Part shown: positions 29,901-40,463 of the stretch, piece after piece
How the letters are laid out: each line of letters starts with the position of its first letter
How positions within the stretch are numbered: position 1 is the stretch's first letter
From: Gemmatimonadaceae bacterium
Lineage (GTDB): Bacteria > Gemmatimonadota > Gemmatimonadetes > Gemmatimonadales > Gemmatimonadaceae
NCBI GenBank assembly: GCA_045803545.1
Contig: JBJMOW010000004.1
Location: 480,001-544,000 of the forward strand
Length of the DNA stretch: 64,000 nt
Direction of reading: 5' to 3'
The notes under the pieces: generated by a model
What the model was told of the DNA's origin: nothing
The model's database searches: none
The model's input: the letters and a program-made list of their open reading frames with translations, nothing else
Made by a program: the position numbers and the translations under genes

Positions 29901-32900
29901 CGCGGGCACGTGGAAGGATCTGACCGACAACGTGAACTTCATGGCCTCGAACCTGACGGGCCAGGTGAGAAACATCGCCGACGTCACCACCGCAGTCGCG
30001 AAGGGCGACCTCTCGCGCAAGATGACGGTCGACGTGAAGGGAGAGATCCTCGAGCTGAAGAACACCATCAACACGATGGTCGACCAGCTCAGCACCTTCG
30101 CCTCCGAAGTAACGCGCGTGGCGAAGGAAGTGGGAACGGAAGGCCGACTGGGCGGGCAGGCCAACGTGCCAGGCGTCGCTGGTACGTGGAAGGATCTGAC
30201 CGACAATGTGAACGCGATGGCTTCGTCACTTACCAGTCAGATCAGAAACATTGCGCTTGTCACGACTGCAGTCGCGCGCGGAGATCTGTCGCAGAAGATC
30301 TCCGTCGAAGTACGCGGCGAGATCCTCGAGCTAAAGAACACCGTCAACGCGATGGTGGACTCGCTGCGAGTGTTCGCCGACGAGGTGACTCGCGTGGCGA
30401 AGGAAGTAGGTACGGAAGGCAAGCTGGGCGGTCAGGCAGAGGTGCCGAATGCATCGGGCACCTGGCGCGCGCTCACAGACAACGTGAACGCGATGGCGAA
30501 CAGCCTGACGGTGCAGGTGCGCGCAATCGCCGACGTCGCAACGGCAGTGACACGTGGGGACTTGAGCAGACAGATCGCGGTGGAAGCACAGGGCGAGCTG
30601 GACGCGTTGAAGAACAACCTGAACCAGATGATCGCCAACCTGAAATCGACCACCGAGAAGAACGCCGAGCAGGATTGGCTGAAGACGAACCTGGCCAAGT
30701 TCTCGCGCATGATGCAGGGCCAGAAGGACCTCGAACAGGTTTCGAAACTCATCATGTCCGAGCTCACGCCGCTGGTGTCCGCACATCACGGCGCGTTCTA
30801 CATCATGGACGAGGAGAACGGCAACACACCCGTGCTGAAGCTCGTTGCAAGCTACGCTTACAAGGAGCGCAAGCACGTCGGCAACCGGTTCTACCTCGGC
30901 GAAGGACTCGTCGGGCAGGCTGCGCTGGAGAAGAAGCCAATTCTTCTTACCAATGTGCCGGACGATTATATCCGCATCACATCGGGTCTCGGCGAGGCGC
31001 CGCCGCGCAATGTTCTCGTTCTGCCGGTTCTCTTCGAAGGCGAAGTGAAAGCAGTCATCGAGCTCGCCTCGTTCCTGCCGTTCAGTCAGATCCACCAGCT
31101 GTTCCTCGATCAGCTCGCCGAGACGGTCGGCGTCGTGATCAACATGATCGCGGCGAATATGAGAACGGCGGAATTGCTCGAGCAGTCACAGAGCCTGACT
31201 CTCGAGTTGCAGAGTCAGTCCGAGGAGCTTCGCAAGCAACAGGAAGAGCTCAAGAAATCGAACGCCGAGCTCGAGGCGCAAGCGCAAACTCTGCGTACGT
31301 CAGAGGAGCTACTCAAAGACCAGCAGGAAGAATTGCAGCAGGTCAACGAGGAGCTCGAGGAGAAGGCGTCACTGCTCGCCGAGCAGAATCGCAAGGTCGA
31401 GCAGAAGAACGAGGAAGTAGAAGCAGCGCGTCTCGCGCTCGAAGAGAAGGCGGAGCAGCTGCAACTCAGCTCGAAGTACAAGTCGGAGTTCCTCGCCAAC
31501 ATGTCGCACGAGCTGAGGACGCCGTTGAACAGCCTGCTGATCCTGGCGCGTCTGCTCAGCGAGAACAAGGATGGCAACCTGACTCCGAAGCAGGTGGAGT
31601 TCGCGCAGACCATTCTGTCGTCGGGCAGCGATCTGCTGAATCTGATCAACGACGTGCTCGACTTGTCGAAGGTCGAGGCCGGCAAGATGGATGTGAGTCC
31701 GTCGGACGTCCGTCTCACCGAGGTCAAGGATTTCGTCGAGCGCAGCTTCAATCCGGTGGCGGAGCAGAAGGGCCTCACGTTCCACGTCGAAGTCGGTCCT
31801 GATCTGCCGCAAACGGTCTTTACCGATGGTGCACGACTGCAGCAGGTGCTCAAGAACCTGTTGTCCAATGCGTTCAAGTTCACTCAGGAAGGTGATGTCA
31901 GTCTGACAATGCGTCGCGCCGAGAAAGGCCGTCGCTTCCAGAATCCAACACTCGACTCGGCCGCGGACGTGGTGGCGTTCGCCGTGCAGGACACTGGTAT
32001 CGGGATCGCCAAGGACAAGCAGCGTCTGATCTTCGAGGCGTTCCAGCAGGCCGACGGCACGACCAGTCGCAAGTACGGAGGCACGGGACTGGGGCTATCG
32101 ATCAGCCGGGAAATAGCGCGACTGCTTGGCGGCGAGATCCGCGTCGAGAGCGCAGAAAGCAAAGGCAGCACCTTCACACTGTTCCTGCCGACGCAGTTCA
32201 AGGGCGTGCCGCGCGATCTCGATCGTGAAGAGTCGCAGGCAGCTGACCGCCGTGAGTCCTTCTCGGCGCCGACCGCAGGTCGTGAACGCCAGTCGTCGGC
32301 GTCCAATCGCGGGAACGTTACGAGAGGGCCGAGGCCGAACCAGCGCCGCAAGCCGATCGGTGATGCGATTCAGTATCAGCCGGAGCGCCGCGCCGTGCCT
32401 CAGACTGTAATTGCGGATGATCGTGATGCAGTCGAGGAAGGCGATCGAACGGTGCTCATCGTCGAGAACGATCAGAACTTCGCCAAGGTTCTGCTCGACA
32501 TGGCTCGCGACAAGGGTTACAAGGGCGTCGTCGAGCTAGACGGAGAGGCAGGACTCAAGGCAGCTCGCGAATTGCGCCCCGATGCGATCACGCTCGACAT
32601 CGACATGCCGGGGATGGATGGACTTCAGGTACTCGACAGACTGAAGCGTGATCCGGAGACGAGACACGTTCCGGTGCACATCATCTCGGGTGTCGAGCAG
32701 AAACGCGAGGGACTCAAGGCCGGCGCGATCGCTTATCTGACCAAGCCCGTCAGCAAGGAAGCCCTCGACAGTGCCTTCGCGCGTATCTCCTCATTCATCG
32801 ACACCGTTCCGAAGAAGCTGTTGGTCGTCGAGGATAATGAGGCGCAGCGGCAGAGCATTGTCGAGCTGATCGCGCATGAAGACGTCGAGATCATCGCGGT

Positions 32901-33621
32901 GCCGTCCGCTGAAGACGCGCTACAGAAGATCAGGGAGGAACATTTCGACTGTATGGTGCTCGACCTCGGCTTGCACAGCGGCCAGATGACCGGCTTCGAT
33001 CTGTTGGAGAAGGTGAAATCGGATGCGAACAATCACGACCTGCCGATCATCATCTATACGGGCAAGGAGCTGAGTCAGAAGGAGGAGACAGAGATCCGGA
33101 AGTACGCCGAGACCATCATTCTCAAGGATGTGAAGTCTCCGGAGCGCCTGCTCGATGAGACCGCGCTCTTCCTGCACCGAATCGAGGCGAAGTTGCCTGA
33201 GCAGAAGCGCAAGATGCTGGAACATCTGCACGATTCCGACTCGGTGGTTGCAGGCAAGGCAGTGCTCGTGGTCGATGACGATGTTCGCAACATCTTCTCG
33301 CTCACGAGTGTTCTCGAGGATCACGGCATGATCGTCCGGTTCGCCGAGACGGGCAAGCAGGCGATCGACGAGCTAAAGAAGGATCAGAATGTCGACGCGG
33401 TGCTGATGGACATCATGATGCCGGAAATGGACGGTTACGAGACGACGCGCGCGATCCGCAACATGGAGCAGTTCAAGACGCTGCCCATCATCGCGTTGAC
33501 TGCCAAAGCGATGAAGGGAGATCGCGAGAAGTGCATCGCGGCCGGCGCCTCTGACTACATCACCAAGCCAGTCGACACCGAACAGCTGTTGTCGTTACTG
33601 CGTGTATGGCTATACAGATAG
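26956..33621 (+). CDS. Poly-HAMP hybrid sensor kinase (HAMP array-GAF-coiled coil-HisKA/HATPase-3x REC)
   Basis: 92-aa repeats, GAF-like [10 protein letters not shown]-box [10 protein letters not shown] and three receiver domains. AAGGAG suggests the start is GTG 26962. Confidence 0.95.
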   Translation: MVVEIGDTIDLEEQGEESARSSPNRASSRRKNGNGRNGRGRHGKRNGNGDGNGAGTARKGSEREIGLATPGGNVRDLDLRRLLSAMRDMRDGDFEVRLASSEEPLIAEIADVFNGIAKMNERLCHEMSRVSTTIGREGQMNDRASIGPVTGGWRTTVDSVNTLITDLASPTTEVARVLSAVAEGDLSRKMVLEIDGKPVQGEFLRIGTTVNTLVDQLGSFANEVTRVAREVGTEGKLGGQAEVPGVAGTWKDLTDNVNTLAGNLTSQVRNIAAVTTAVAKGDLSQKITVEAKGETQALKNTINTMVDQLSAFASEVTRVAREVGTEGKLGGQAQVPGVAGTWKDLTDNVNAMASNLTGQIRNIADVTTAVAKGDLSRKITVDVKGEILELKNTVNTMVDQLSAFASEVTRVAKEVGTEGRLGGQAEVPGVAGTWKDLTDNVNAMASSLTGQIRNIADVTTAVARGDLSRKITADAKGEILELKNTMNIMVDQLSSFASEVTRVAREVGTEGKLGGQAEVPGVGGTWKDLTDNVNTLAGNLTSQVRNIAAVTTAVARGDLSQKITADARGEILELKNTVNTMVDQLSTFASEVTRVAKEVGTEGKLGGQGDVPGVGGTWKDLTDNVNAMASSLTGQIRNIADVTTAVARGDLSRKITAEAKGEILELKQTINTMVDQLSAFASEVTRVAKEVGTEGRLGGQAEVPGVAGTWKDLTDNVNFMASNLTGQVRNIADVTTAVARGDLSRKITVDVKGEILELKNTVNTMVDQLSSFASEVTRVAREVGTDGKLGGQANVPGVGGTWKDLTDNVNTLAGNLTGQVRNIAAVTTAVARGDLSQKITVEARGETAELKDTINTMVDQLSAFASEVTRVAKEVGTEGKLGGQASVPGVAGTWKDLTDNVNAMASNLTGQIRNIADVTTAVAKGDLSRKITVDVKGEILELKQTINTMVDSLSVFAGEVTRVAREVGTEGRLGGQANVPGVAGTWKDLTDNVNFMASNLTGQVRNIADVTTAVAKGDLSRKMTVDVKGEILELKNTINTMVDQLSTFASEVTRVAKEVGTEGRLGGQANVPGVAGTWKDLTDNVNAMASSLTSQIRNIALVTTAVARGDLSQKISVEVRGEILELKNTVNAMVDSLRVFADEVTRVAKEVGTEGKLGGQAEVPNASGTWRALTDNVNAMANSLTVQVRAIADVATAVTRGDLSRQIAVEAQGELDALKNNLNQMIANLKSTTEKNAEQDWLKTNLAKFSRMMQGQKDLEQVSKLIMSELTPLVSAHHGAFYIMDEENGNTPVLKLVASYAYKERKHVGNRFYLGEGLVGQAALEKKPILLTNVPDDYIRITSGLGEAPPRNVLVLPVLFEGEVKAVIELASFLPFSQIHQLFLDQLAETVGVVINMIAANMRTAELLEQSQSLTLELQSQSEELRKQQEELKKSNAELEAQAQTLRTSEELLKDQQEELQQVNEELEEKASLLAEQNRKVEQKNEEVEAARLALEEKAEQLQLSSKYKSEFLANMSHELRTPLNSLLILARLLSENKDGNLTPKQVEFAQTILSSGSDLLNLINDVLDLSKVEAGKMDVSPSDVRLTEVKDFVERSFNPVAEQKGLTFHVEVGPDLPQTVFTDGARLQQVLKNLLSNAFKFTQEGDVSLTMRRAEKGRRFQNPTLDSAADVVAFAVQDTGIGIAKDKQRLIFEAFQQADGTTSRKYGGTGLGLSISREIARLLGGEIRVESAESKGSTFTLFLPTQFKGVPRDLDREESQAADRRESFSAPTAGRERQSSASNRGNVTRGPRPNQRRKPIGDAIQYQPERRAVPQTVIADDRDAVEEGDRTVLIVENDQNFAKVLLDMARDKGYKGVVELDGEAGLKAARELRPDAITLDIDMPGMDGLQVLDRLKRDPETRHVPVHIISGVEQKREGLKAGAIAYLTKPVSKEALDSAFARISSFIDTVPKKLLVVEDNEAQRQSIVELIAHEDVEIIAVPSAEDALQKIREEHFDCMVLDLGLHSGQMTGFDLLEKVKSDANNHDLPIIIYTGKELSQKEETEIRKYAETIILKDVKSPERLLDETALFLHRIEAKLPEQKRKMLEHLHDSDSVVAGKAVLVVDDDVRNIFSLTSVLEDHGMIVRFAETGKQAIDELKKDQNVDAVLMDIMMPEMDGYETTRAIRNMEQFKTLPIIALTAKAMKGDREKCIAAGASDYITKPVDTEQLLSLLRVWLYR
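27703..30600 (+). repeat. Intragenic 276-bp tandem repeat array (poly-HAMP)
   Basis: The Trp codon of W(K/R)xLTDNVN recurs at 27703, 27979, 28255, 28531, 28807, 29083, 29359, 29635, 29911, 30187 and 30463. End coordinate is approximate. Confidence 0.95.
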
Positions 33622-34487
33622 CAGAAGCGCGCCCTCCGCAAGCAGCGGCCGAAGATCCCCCGGCGTTTAAGCCTGATCTCGAGCGAATCGAGATCGAGCT
33701 GCTGCTGGAGGGAATCTTCCGTCATTACGGGTTCGACTTCCGCTCTTACGCCTACGCATCGATCCGGCGCCGGCTGTGGAAGCGAATCGAAGAAGAGGGT
33801 TTGTCGAGCGTGAGCGCGTTGCAGGAAAAGGTGCTCCACGATTCGGCGATGATGGAGAAGCTCCTGCTGGATCTCTCCATCAACGTCACGGCGATGTTTC
33901 GCGATCCCAACTTCTACGTGACGTTTCGCGAATACGTCGTGCCGTTGCTGCGAACGTATCCGTTCATCAGGATATGGCACGCGGGATGTTCGACGGGTGA
34001 GGAAGTTTATTCGATGGCGATTCTGCTGCGCGAGGAGGGGCTGTACGATCGAGCGCGCATCTACGCCACCGACATCAACGAAGTCGTGCTGCAGCGCGCC
34101 AAAGCCGGGATCTTTCCACTCGAGCGAATGCAGGAGTACACCGACAATTACATCAAGGCTGGTGGCAAGCGCTCCTTCTCGGAGTACTACACTGCCAAGT
34201 ACGGCGGCGCGCTGTTCGATCAAACGCTCACGAAGAACGTTGTCTTCTCGCAGCACAACCTGGTGACTGACCGCTCCTTCAGCGAGTTCAACGTCATCCT
34301 GTGCCGAAACGTTCTGATCTATTTCGACAAGGCTCTGCAGTCGAAGGTGCACAGTCTCTTCTATGACAGCCTGGTGATGTTCGGCGTGCTGGTGCTGGGC
34401 AGCAAAGAGACGCTGCGATTCATGGCGCACGAGGAGTGTTATCAGCAGATTGCGCCGCCCGAAAAGATTTTCCGGAAGGTCAAATAG
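33606..34487 (+). CDS. cheR: CheR-type protein-glutamate O-methyltransferase
   Basis: [27 protein letters not shown] and CRNVLIYF motifs. Confidence 0.93.
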   Translation: MAIQIAEARPPQAAAEDPPAFKPDLERIEIELLLEGIFRHYGFDFRSYAYASIRRRLWKRIEEEGLSSVSALQEKVLHDSAMMEKLLLDLSINVTAMFRDPNFYVTFREYVVPLLRTYPFIRIWHAGCSTGEEVYSMAILLREEGLYDRARIYATDINEVVLQRAKAGIFPLERMQEYTDNYIKAGGKRSFSEYYTAKYGGALFDQTLTKNVVFSQHNLVTDRSFSEFNVILCRNVLIYFDKALQSKVHSLFYDSLVMFGVLVLGSKETLRFMAHEECYQQIAPPEKIFRKVK

Positions 34488-35087
34488 ATGTTGTACTCCA
34501 TCGTCGCGATCGGAACATCCTGGGGCGGATTGATGGCGGTGTCGAAGCTGCTATCAGGGCTGCCGGCGGAGTTCCCGATCCCGATCGTGGTTGTTCAGCA
34601 TCGCGGGAAGGACTCCGACAGGTTGTTGTCGCAGTTGTTGCAGGACGCAACGCCGCTGACGGTCTGTGAGATCGAAGACAAGGATGTGCTCGAGCCGGGC
34701 AAGGTTCACGTCGCTCCCGCCGATTACCACGTGATGATCGAGCGTGGATATCTATCGCTCACGGTGGAGGAGCCCGTGCGGTACAGTCGTCCGTCGATTG
34801 ATGTTATGTTCACGTCGGCGGGAGACACGTATGGCAAGGAAGCAATCGGCGTGGTGCTGACCGGCGCGAACGAAGACGGCTCTCGTGGGCTGGCGCACAT
34901 CGCCAAGCGCGGCGGGAAGGCTTTGATCCAGTCGCCGAAGACCGCCGAGATCCCGATCATGCCGGAAGCCGCGGCCCGGGCGGTTCCGACGGCGGAGGTG
35001 CTGCCACTGCCACAGATCGGAAAGCGGTTGATCGAGCTTTCCCAACAAACAGCGGAACGGCTCACCGCACGGAGAGCAGGCGCATGA
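34488..35087 (+). CDS. cheB: CheB-type methylesterase lacking a receiver domain
   Basis: Catalytic triad motifs GTSWGG, VVQH and LTGANEDG, plus RPSIDV. Confidence 0.9.
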   Translation: MLYSIVAIGTSWGGLMAVSKLLSGLPAEFPIPIVVVQHRGKDSDRLLSQLLQDATPLTVCEIEDKDVLEPGKVHVAPADYHVMIERGYLSLTVEEPVRYSRPSIDVMFTSAGDTYGKEAIGVVLTGANEDGSRGLAHIAKRGGKALIQSPKTAEIPIMPEAAARAVPTAEVLPLPQIGKRLIELSQQTAERLTARRAGA

Positions 35088-36394
35088 GCGGCGAGCACAG
35101 AGAGAACGGCGCCGTGCGCGACGATCGTGTCAACATTCTGCTCGTTGACGACCGGCCGGAGAATCTGCTCGCCCTGGAGGCCATTCTGGAGCCGCTGACC
35201 CAGAATCTGGTTCGCGCGAACTCCGGCCCCGAAGCGTTGAAGCGAGTGCTGGAGATGGAGTTCGCGACGATTCTGCTCGACGTGCAGATGCCGGACATGA
35301 ACGGCTTCGAGGTCGCCGAGATCATCAAATCGCGCGAGAGATCACGCACCATTCCTATCATCTTCCTCAGCGCGATCAACAAGGAAGAGGCGTACGTCTT
35401 CAAAGGCTATTCGATGGGAGCCGTGGACTACGTCTTCAAGCCGTTCAATCCCGACGTGCTGCGAATGAAGGTCGCCGTATTCGTAGATCTCTTCATCAAG
35501 CAGCGCGAAGTGCAACGCCAGGCAGAGCTGCTGCGCAACGCCGAGAAGCGTGAGCTGGAGCTGGAGCATCGCACTTCTCTATTGGAAGCGGAAGCTCGCT
35601 CGGCGGCGAAGCTGGCGCAGATGAACGACGAGCTGCACCGACGGCAGGTGGCGCTGGAGCAGGCAATGGGTGCGCGAAACCGGTTCTATGCTTCGATGAG
35701 TCACGAGCTCCGCACGCCAATCAATGCGGTCATCGGATACAGCACGCTGATGCTGGATGGAATTTACGGACCGCTCAACGCGAAGCAGAAAGAAGGACTG
35801 CAGCGCACGCTCAAAGCGGCGCGACACCTGCTGGAGCTGGTGAACGACGTACTCGATCTATCGAAGATCGAAGCGGGTAAGATCGAGCTGTCGATTCAGC
35901 CGGTGCTCTTCCCGGCGCTGATCGAGGATCTGTTCGTAACGGTGCGCCCGCTGGCGGACGAGTATGGCTCGACGCTCAGTCTGGAGATGCAAAGTGAATC
36001 ATTCAACATCGTCAGTGATCCGCGGCGCGTACGACAGATCCTGATCAATCTGCTCTCGAACGCGATCAAGTTCGGCGAAGGGAAGCCGATTGTGGTTCGG
36101 TGCAAACAGACTGACCCCGGCGGTGTAGAAGTAGAGGTCATCGATCAGGGCGTTGGGATATCGCAGGACGACATTCCCCGAATCTTCGAAGAGTTCGTTC
36201 AGGTTTCTGAATCGAAGCAGCCGGGAACCGGACTCGGGTTGCCGATTTCGAGGCGACTGGCTCAGCTGTTGGACGGGTCATTGACCGTGTGTTCGACGCC
36301 GGGCCAGGGGAGCACTTTTCGTCTCAATTTGCCGCCCTCTCTAGAGGACGATTTGGCCGAAGAGCCCGTGTTATCCGCCGCTACCGTGGCCTAA
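35084..36394 (+). CDS. Hybrid receiver-histidine kinase
   Basis: N-terminal REC (LLVDD, LLDVQMP, KP), SHELRTP, NLLSNAIKF, GTGLGL. Confidence 0.93.
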   Translation: MSGEHRENGAVRDDRVNILLVDDRPENLLALEAILEPLTQNLVRANSGPEALKRVLEMEFATILLDVQMPDMNGFEVAEIIKSRERSRTIPIIFLSAINKEEAYVFKGYSMGAVDYVFKPFNPDVLRMKVAVFVDLFIKQREVQRQAELLRNAEKRELELEHRTSLLEAEARSAAKLAQMNDELHRRQVALEQAMGARNRFYASMSHELRTPINAVIGYSTLMLDGIYGPLNAKQKEGLQRTLKAARHLLELVNDVLDLSKIEAGKIELSIQPVLFPALIEDLFVTVRPLADEYGSTLSLEMQSESFNIVSDPRRVRQILINLLSNAIKFGEGKPIVVRCKQTDPGGVEVEVIDQGVGISQDDIPRIFEEFVQVSESKQPGTGLGLPISRRLAQLLDGSLTVCSTPGQGSTFRLNLPPSLEDDLAEEPVLSAATVA

Positions 36395-36408
36395 CTACAT
36401 CCTTTTAT

Positions 36409-36423
36409 TGGCATGTCACCTGC
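36409..36423 (+). promoter_or_regulatory. Possible sigma54 -24/-12 promoter
   Basis: TGGCATGTCACCTGC fits GG-N10-GC, 53 bp upstream of ATG 36477. Confidence 0.4.
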
Positions 36424-36476
36424 CCTTAATAGCCGGACCGTCGCGTCACGCGGGGGTCATTCCTGGAGGCTTTAAA

Positions 36477-36974
36477 ATGTTCAAAAAGATACTAATCCTT
36501 CCGGCCGCGTTTTTGGCGTTCGCTTGCTCAAAGGGCGACAACAAAATGACCGCGGCGGATAGCGCGCTCAATTCGGATCTTTCGACCGCAGCTGCGAGCC
36601 GCCCGTACACGCCGCTCGACAGCATCACTGCTGCGGAGCGTGCCGGAACGGCGACCACAACTGCCCCGACAACCGCGCTGAGAAGTACCGCATCGACTCC
36701 GCGTACGACGACCGTTCGCAGAACCTCGACCGCGCGTCGCAGCAGCAGCTCCTCGGGCGGGACGTACTCGTCGGCGCCTGTGTACAGCGCTCCAGCACCA
36801 GCGCCGGTCGTAGTGAAGCACACCAAGCGTGACGCCGCTATCGGCGCGGGCGCTGGTGCAGTAATCGGCGCAGTGACCAGCAGAAACAAGGTGAAGGGCG
36901 CGATCATCGGTGGCGCAGCCGGCGCAATTCTCGGCGGCATCATCGGGAACAACGTCGACAAGACGAAGCACTAA
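36477..36974 (+). CDS. Glycine-zipper lipoprotein
   Basis: GGAGG RBS, lipobox LAFAC, low-complexity T/S/R linker, C-terminal GAGAGAVIG...GGAAGAILGGIIG. Confidence 0.85.
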   Translation: MFKKILILPAAFLAFACSKGDNKMTAADSALNSDLSTAAASRPYTPLDSITAAERAGTATTTAPTTALRSTASTPRTTTVRRTSTARRSSSSSGGTYSSAPVYSAPAPAPVVVKHTKRDAAIGAGAGAVIGAVTSRNKVKGAIIGGAAGAILGGIIGNNVDKTKH

Positions 36975-36994
36975 CCCTCGCCGTTTGAACGTTG

Positions 36995-37030
36995 AAGCCC
37001 CGCACTAGCTCTAGTGCGGGGCTTTTTGTT
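36995..37030 (+). terminator. Intrinsic terminator
   Basis: AAGCCCCGCACTAG-CT-CTAGTGCGGGGCTT followed by TTTGTT. Confidence 0.9.
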
Positions 37031-37111
37031 ACGACTGAGCCGGTGCACGGTCTAGCTAGAGCTCCCGCCGTGCTTGCTTCCGTGGTCATCACGGCTTACG
37101 ATGGACCAGCG

Positions 37112-37591
37112 ATGCATTTAGAGAATGACAGAGGCCCCGGTCAGAACACGGTGCCTTCACTACCGATTCCAACTTCGCCATTGCGCGCGCTGTGCATTGC
37201 GCGCCATTGCATTTTGAGCGAGCACATAGCGCGCTACTTCGCTGCGATGGGCGTTCTGACAACGAACGCAGTCGGCCTGGAGTCGGCGGTCGCTGGCACT
37301 GCGGACTGGACGCCGGATGTCGTCATTTGCGACTACGATGTGCTGGCGACGGTGCCGCTCGATCAGTGGGAGCACGATCGGCTCCTTTCACGAACGCCGG
37401 TGGTTGCAGTGAGTCTGACCCGTCACGCCGAAGAGCTGCAATTGCTCGACGTCAATGGCATTGCGGGTTTCCTCTATCTGCCCACGCTCGATCGGTCGGC
37501 CGCTCTGAGGATTCTGTACGCCGCAGCTGCTCGTCCCCGCTACGTCCTTCCTTCGCTCGGCGCACCCGCGAGGGCTGTCGAGCACAGTTAA
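37112..37591 (+). CDS. Degenerate single-domain receiver-like protein
   Basis: Pattern ALCIA...PDVVICDYD...TPVVAVS...GIAGFLYLP follows REC topology. Confidence 0.6.
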   Translation: MHLENDRGPGQNTVPSLPIPTSPLRALCIARHCILSEHIARYFAAMGVLTTNAVGLESAVAGTADWTPDVVICDYDVLATVPLDQWEHDRLLSRTPVVAVSLTRHAEELQLLDVNGIAGFLYLPTLDRSAALRILYAAAARPRYVLPSLGAPARAVEHS

Positions 37592-37600
37592 ATTTCAGAC

Positions 37601-40444
37601 ATGAGTAACGACCCGATCACGGGCGCCTACAACGATGCTTTGATCGCTGAGGCGTACGAAGCCTATCGGCGCGACCCATCGTCAGTAGACGAATCGTGGC
37701 GTCAGTTTTTCCGATTTGCTGAAAGCATTGCCGGTGCACCGCGGCCGGGCGCGGGTGAAAGTCCTTCGGCAGCGGGAGATTTCGATCCCGCTTTTCTTCG
37801 CGATGTAGCCGCTGCTGCCGAGCTTGTCGATGCGATCCGCAGTTATGGGCACATGGCTGTTCCTCTCGATCCGCTCGGCACACCGCCTGAAGGGACGCCG
37901 GAGCTGACACCCGAATTCCACGGGCTTACCGAGGAAGATCTGCACAGCATTCCCGGCATTGCGCTGGGAGCGTCCGGCGGAAACGCCTCCGACGTCGTCA
38001 CGCGTCTCCGTCAGCTCTACTCCTCCACGATCGGGTTTGAGATCTCGCACGTTGGAAAGGCGGATGAGCGCGAGTGGCTGCGGTCGGAGATTGAAAGGGG
38101 GCGCCTCAATAAACCGCTGAGCCCGGAAGAGAAGAAAAGCATTCTCGAGCAACTGACGCGTGTCGACGGGCTAGAGCGTTTTCTCGGTCGCGCCTATCAA
38201 GGCTACAAGAGATTCTCCATCGAAGGCACCGACATGCTGGTGCCGATGCTCGATGTCGCGATCGAATCAGCGGCGCAACTGGGCGCGCGCGAAGTCGATC
38301 TGGCGATGGCCCACCGCGGTCGCATCAACGTGCTGACGCACACACTGGGCAAACCATACGCGACGATCTTCGAGGAATTCGAGGGCAAGCACGCGGCGAC
38401 GAATGCCGTCAGTGAAACTGGCGACGTCAAGTATCATCTCGGAGCAGTCGGCACGCGGCAGGCTGCGAATGGAAAGGAAATGGCGGTGGTGCTGATCCCG
38501 AACCCGAGCCATCTCGAAGTCGTGAACCCGGTGCTCGAAGGAGTAGCGAGGGCGAGGCAGGTGTTGGCGGGAGACGGGAGAGGGGAGGGGGGAAGCGGGA
38601 AGCGGGAGGCGGGAGGCGGACCGAGCCGGGATGAATCGGCTGTCATCCCGATTTGTGTACACGGTGATGCGGCGTTTCCGGGTGAGGGCGTGGTTCCGGA
38701 GACATTCAATCTTTCCGGGCTCGAAGGCTACCGCACAGGCGGGACGCTTCACATCATCGTCAACAACCAGGTCGGATTCACGACCGATCCGGTCGATGCG
38801 CGGTCGACGCGCTATGCGAGCGATCTGGCGAAAGGCTTCGAAGTGCCGATCGTGCACGTGAACGCGGACGATGCCGAATCGTGTGTGAGAGTCGTTCAGT
38901 TCGGTATCGAATACCGGGCGAAATTCGGCAAGGACTTCCTGATCGATCTGGTTGGCTATCGTCGGCACGGGCACAACGAGACTGACGAGCCCGCATTCAC
39001 CCAGCCGACGCTGTACCAAAAGATCAAAGCGCACCCGTCGCCGCGGGAAGTTTGGGGGAATCGTCTCGTCGCTGAAGGCGTCGTGTCGGCGGATGATGTG
39101 AAGAAGCTCGATGCAGATGCGGCTGCAGAATTCGATCGAATTCTCACCGCGATGAAGGCGGGCGAGCTACACACGCCGGAGCACAATCCTGCGAAAGACG
39201 CTCAGGCTGATCAGTCAGGCGCCGGGAGCGGTAACACTGCGGTCGATGGCGATCGCCTGCGCGAGCTGAATGAGAAGCTGCTCAAGTGGCCGGCAAATCT
39301 GAAAGTGAATCCGCGGTTGGCGAAGACTCTGATGCGTCGCGCCGATGCGCTGGGTGACGCTGGCGGAATCGACTGGGGTCACGCCGAGGCGCTGGCGTTT
39401 GCGTCGCTGCTCACTGACGGCACGTCGATCCGGCTGACCGGTCAGGATTCGGAGCGCGCGACGTTCTCGCACCGCCAGGCAGTACTGCATGATGCGGAAA
39501 CCGGTGAGACCTATTTCCCGCTGCAGCACGTTGTTGAAGGCGACGGCAATGGCAAAATCGAGATCTACAATAGTCCGCTCTCGGAGATGGGAGTTCTCGG
39601 ATTCGAGTACGGTTATAGCACGGCAGCCGAAGACACGCTCGTATTGTGGGAAGCGCAGTACGGAGATTTCGTCAACGTCGCGCAGCCGATAATCGATCAA
39701 TTCATCTCTGCCGATCGCGCAAAGTGGGGGCAGGATTCTTCGATCGTGCTGCTGCTGCCGCACGGATACGAAGGACAGGGTCCCGAACACTCGAGTGCGC
39801 GGCTCGAGAGATTCCTGCAGCTGTGCGCGGAAGGCAATCAGCGTGTCGCATGTCCGTCGACGCCGGCGCAGTACTTCCACATTCTGCGTCGGCAGGCGCA
39901 GCTGTACGAGCGCCGTCCATTGATCCTGATGCAGCCGAAGAGTCTGCTGCGTTTGCCCGAAGCTGCATCGAAACTGACCGACCTGGCCAGCGGCAGCTTC
40001 CGCCCCGTGATAGATGATCCGATTGCATCACAGAATCGCGAATCGGTCACGCGGTTGGTGTTCTGCACCGGCAAGATCTACTACGACATCATCGCCAAGC
40101 GTTCGCCCTTCATTGCGGTCGTGCGGATCGAAGAACTTTATCCGTGGCCAGGAACCCAGATTGCGCAGATCGTCGACCTTTATCCGGCGATCGAAGAAGT
40201 GGTGTGGGCGCAGGAAGAGCCGAAGAACCAGGGCGCGTGGTCCTATGCATCTCCTCGTTTGCGGATGTCGACCGGCAACGCTCTGCCTACTCGCTACGTT
40301 GGACGTCCCGATCGCTCCAGCCCCGCCGAGGGATACGCCGAGGCGCACAAGAAGGAGCAGGAGCGTATAATCTCCGAGGTTGTCGCACCGATGCCGCAGC
40401 TGGCCGGAGCAAAGGGCCGTCGCGGCATGACGGTCAAAACCTGA
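37601..40444 (+). CDS. sucA: 2-oxoglutarate dehydrogenase E1 component
   Basis: KRFSIEG, MAHRGRINVL, GDVKYHLG, TPP motif HGDAAFPGEG, WEAQYGDF, GQGPEHSSARLERFLQL. Confidence 0.97.
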   Translation: MSNDPITGAYNDALIAEAYEAYRRDPSSVDESWRQFFRFAESIAGAPRPGAGESPSAAGDFDPAFLRDVAAAAELVDAIRSYGHMAVPLDPLGTPPEGTPELTPEFHGLTEEDLHSIPGIALGASGGNASDVVTRLRQLYSSTIGFEISHVGKADEREWLRSEIERGRLNKPLSPEEKKSILEQLTRVDGLERFLGRAYQGYKRFSIEGTDMLVPMLDVAIESAAQLGAREVDLAMAHRGRINVLTHTLGKPYATIFEEFEGKHAATNAVSETGDVKYHLGAVGTRQAANGKEMAVVLIPNPSHLEVVNPVLEGVARARQVLAGDGRGEGGSGKREAGGGPSRDESAVIPICVHGDAAFPGEGVVPETFNLSGLEGYRTGGTLHIIVNNQVGFTTDPVDARSTRYASDLAKGFEVPIVHVNADDAESCVRVVQFGIEYRAKFGKDFLIDLVGYRRHGHNETDEPAFTQPTLYQKIKAHPSPREVWGNRLVAEGVVSADDVKKLDADAAAEFDRILTAMKAGELHTPEHNPAKDAQADQSGAGSGNTAVDGDRLRELNEKLLKWPANLKVNPRLAKTLMRRADALGDAGGIDWGHAEALAFASLLTDGTSIRLTGQDSERATFSHRQAVLHDAETGETYFPLQHVVEGDGNGKIEIYNSPLSEMGVLGFEYGYSTAAEDTLVLWEAQYGDFVNVAQPIIDQFISADRAKWGQDSSIVLLLPHGYEGQGPEHSSARLERFLQLCAEGNQRVACPSTPAQYFHILRRQAQLYERRPLILMQPKSLLRLPEAASKLTDLASGSFRPVIDDPIASQNRESVTRLVFCTGKIYYDIIAKRSPFIAVVRIEELYPWPGTQIAQIVDLYPAIEEVVWAQEEPKNQGAWSYASPRLRMSTGNALPTRYVGRPDRSSPAEGYAEAHKKEQERIISEVVAPMPQLAGAKGRRGMTVKT
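38569..38617 (+). repeat. Seven tandem GGGA(G/A)NN heptamers inside sucA
   Basis: GGGAGAC GGGAGAG GGGAGGG GGGAAGC GGGAAGC GGGAGGC GGGAGGC. Confidence 0.9.
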
Positions 40445-40463
40445 GCTCAACCTTCAGGGGACA

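Noticed and set aside
27703..30600. CRISPR-like array or assembly artefact
   Set aside because: The units are 276-bp in-frame coding repeats with divergent synonymous sites and no spacers.
29910..31802. 630-aa alternative-frame ORF, and other long shadow ORFs such as 2929-4038 and 33555-34430
   Set aside because: Fully nested in or antisense to well-supported genes, with Arg/Gly/Ala-rich or motif-free translations expected from high-GC codon bias.
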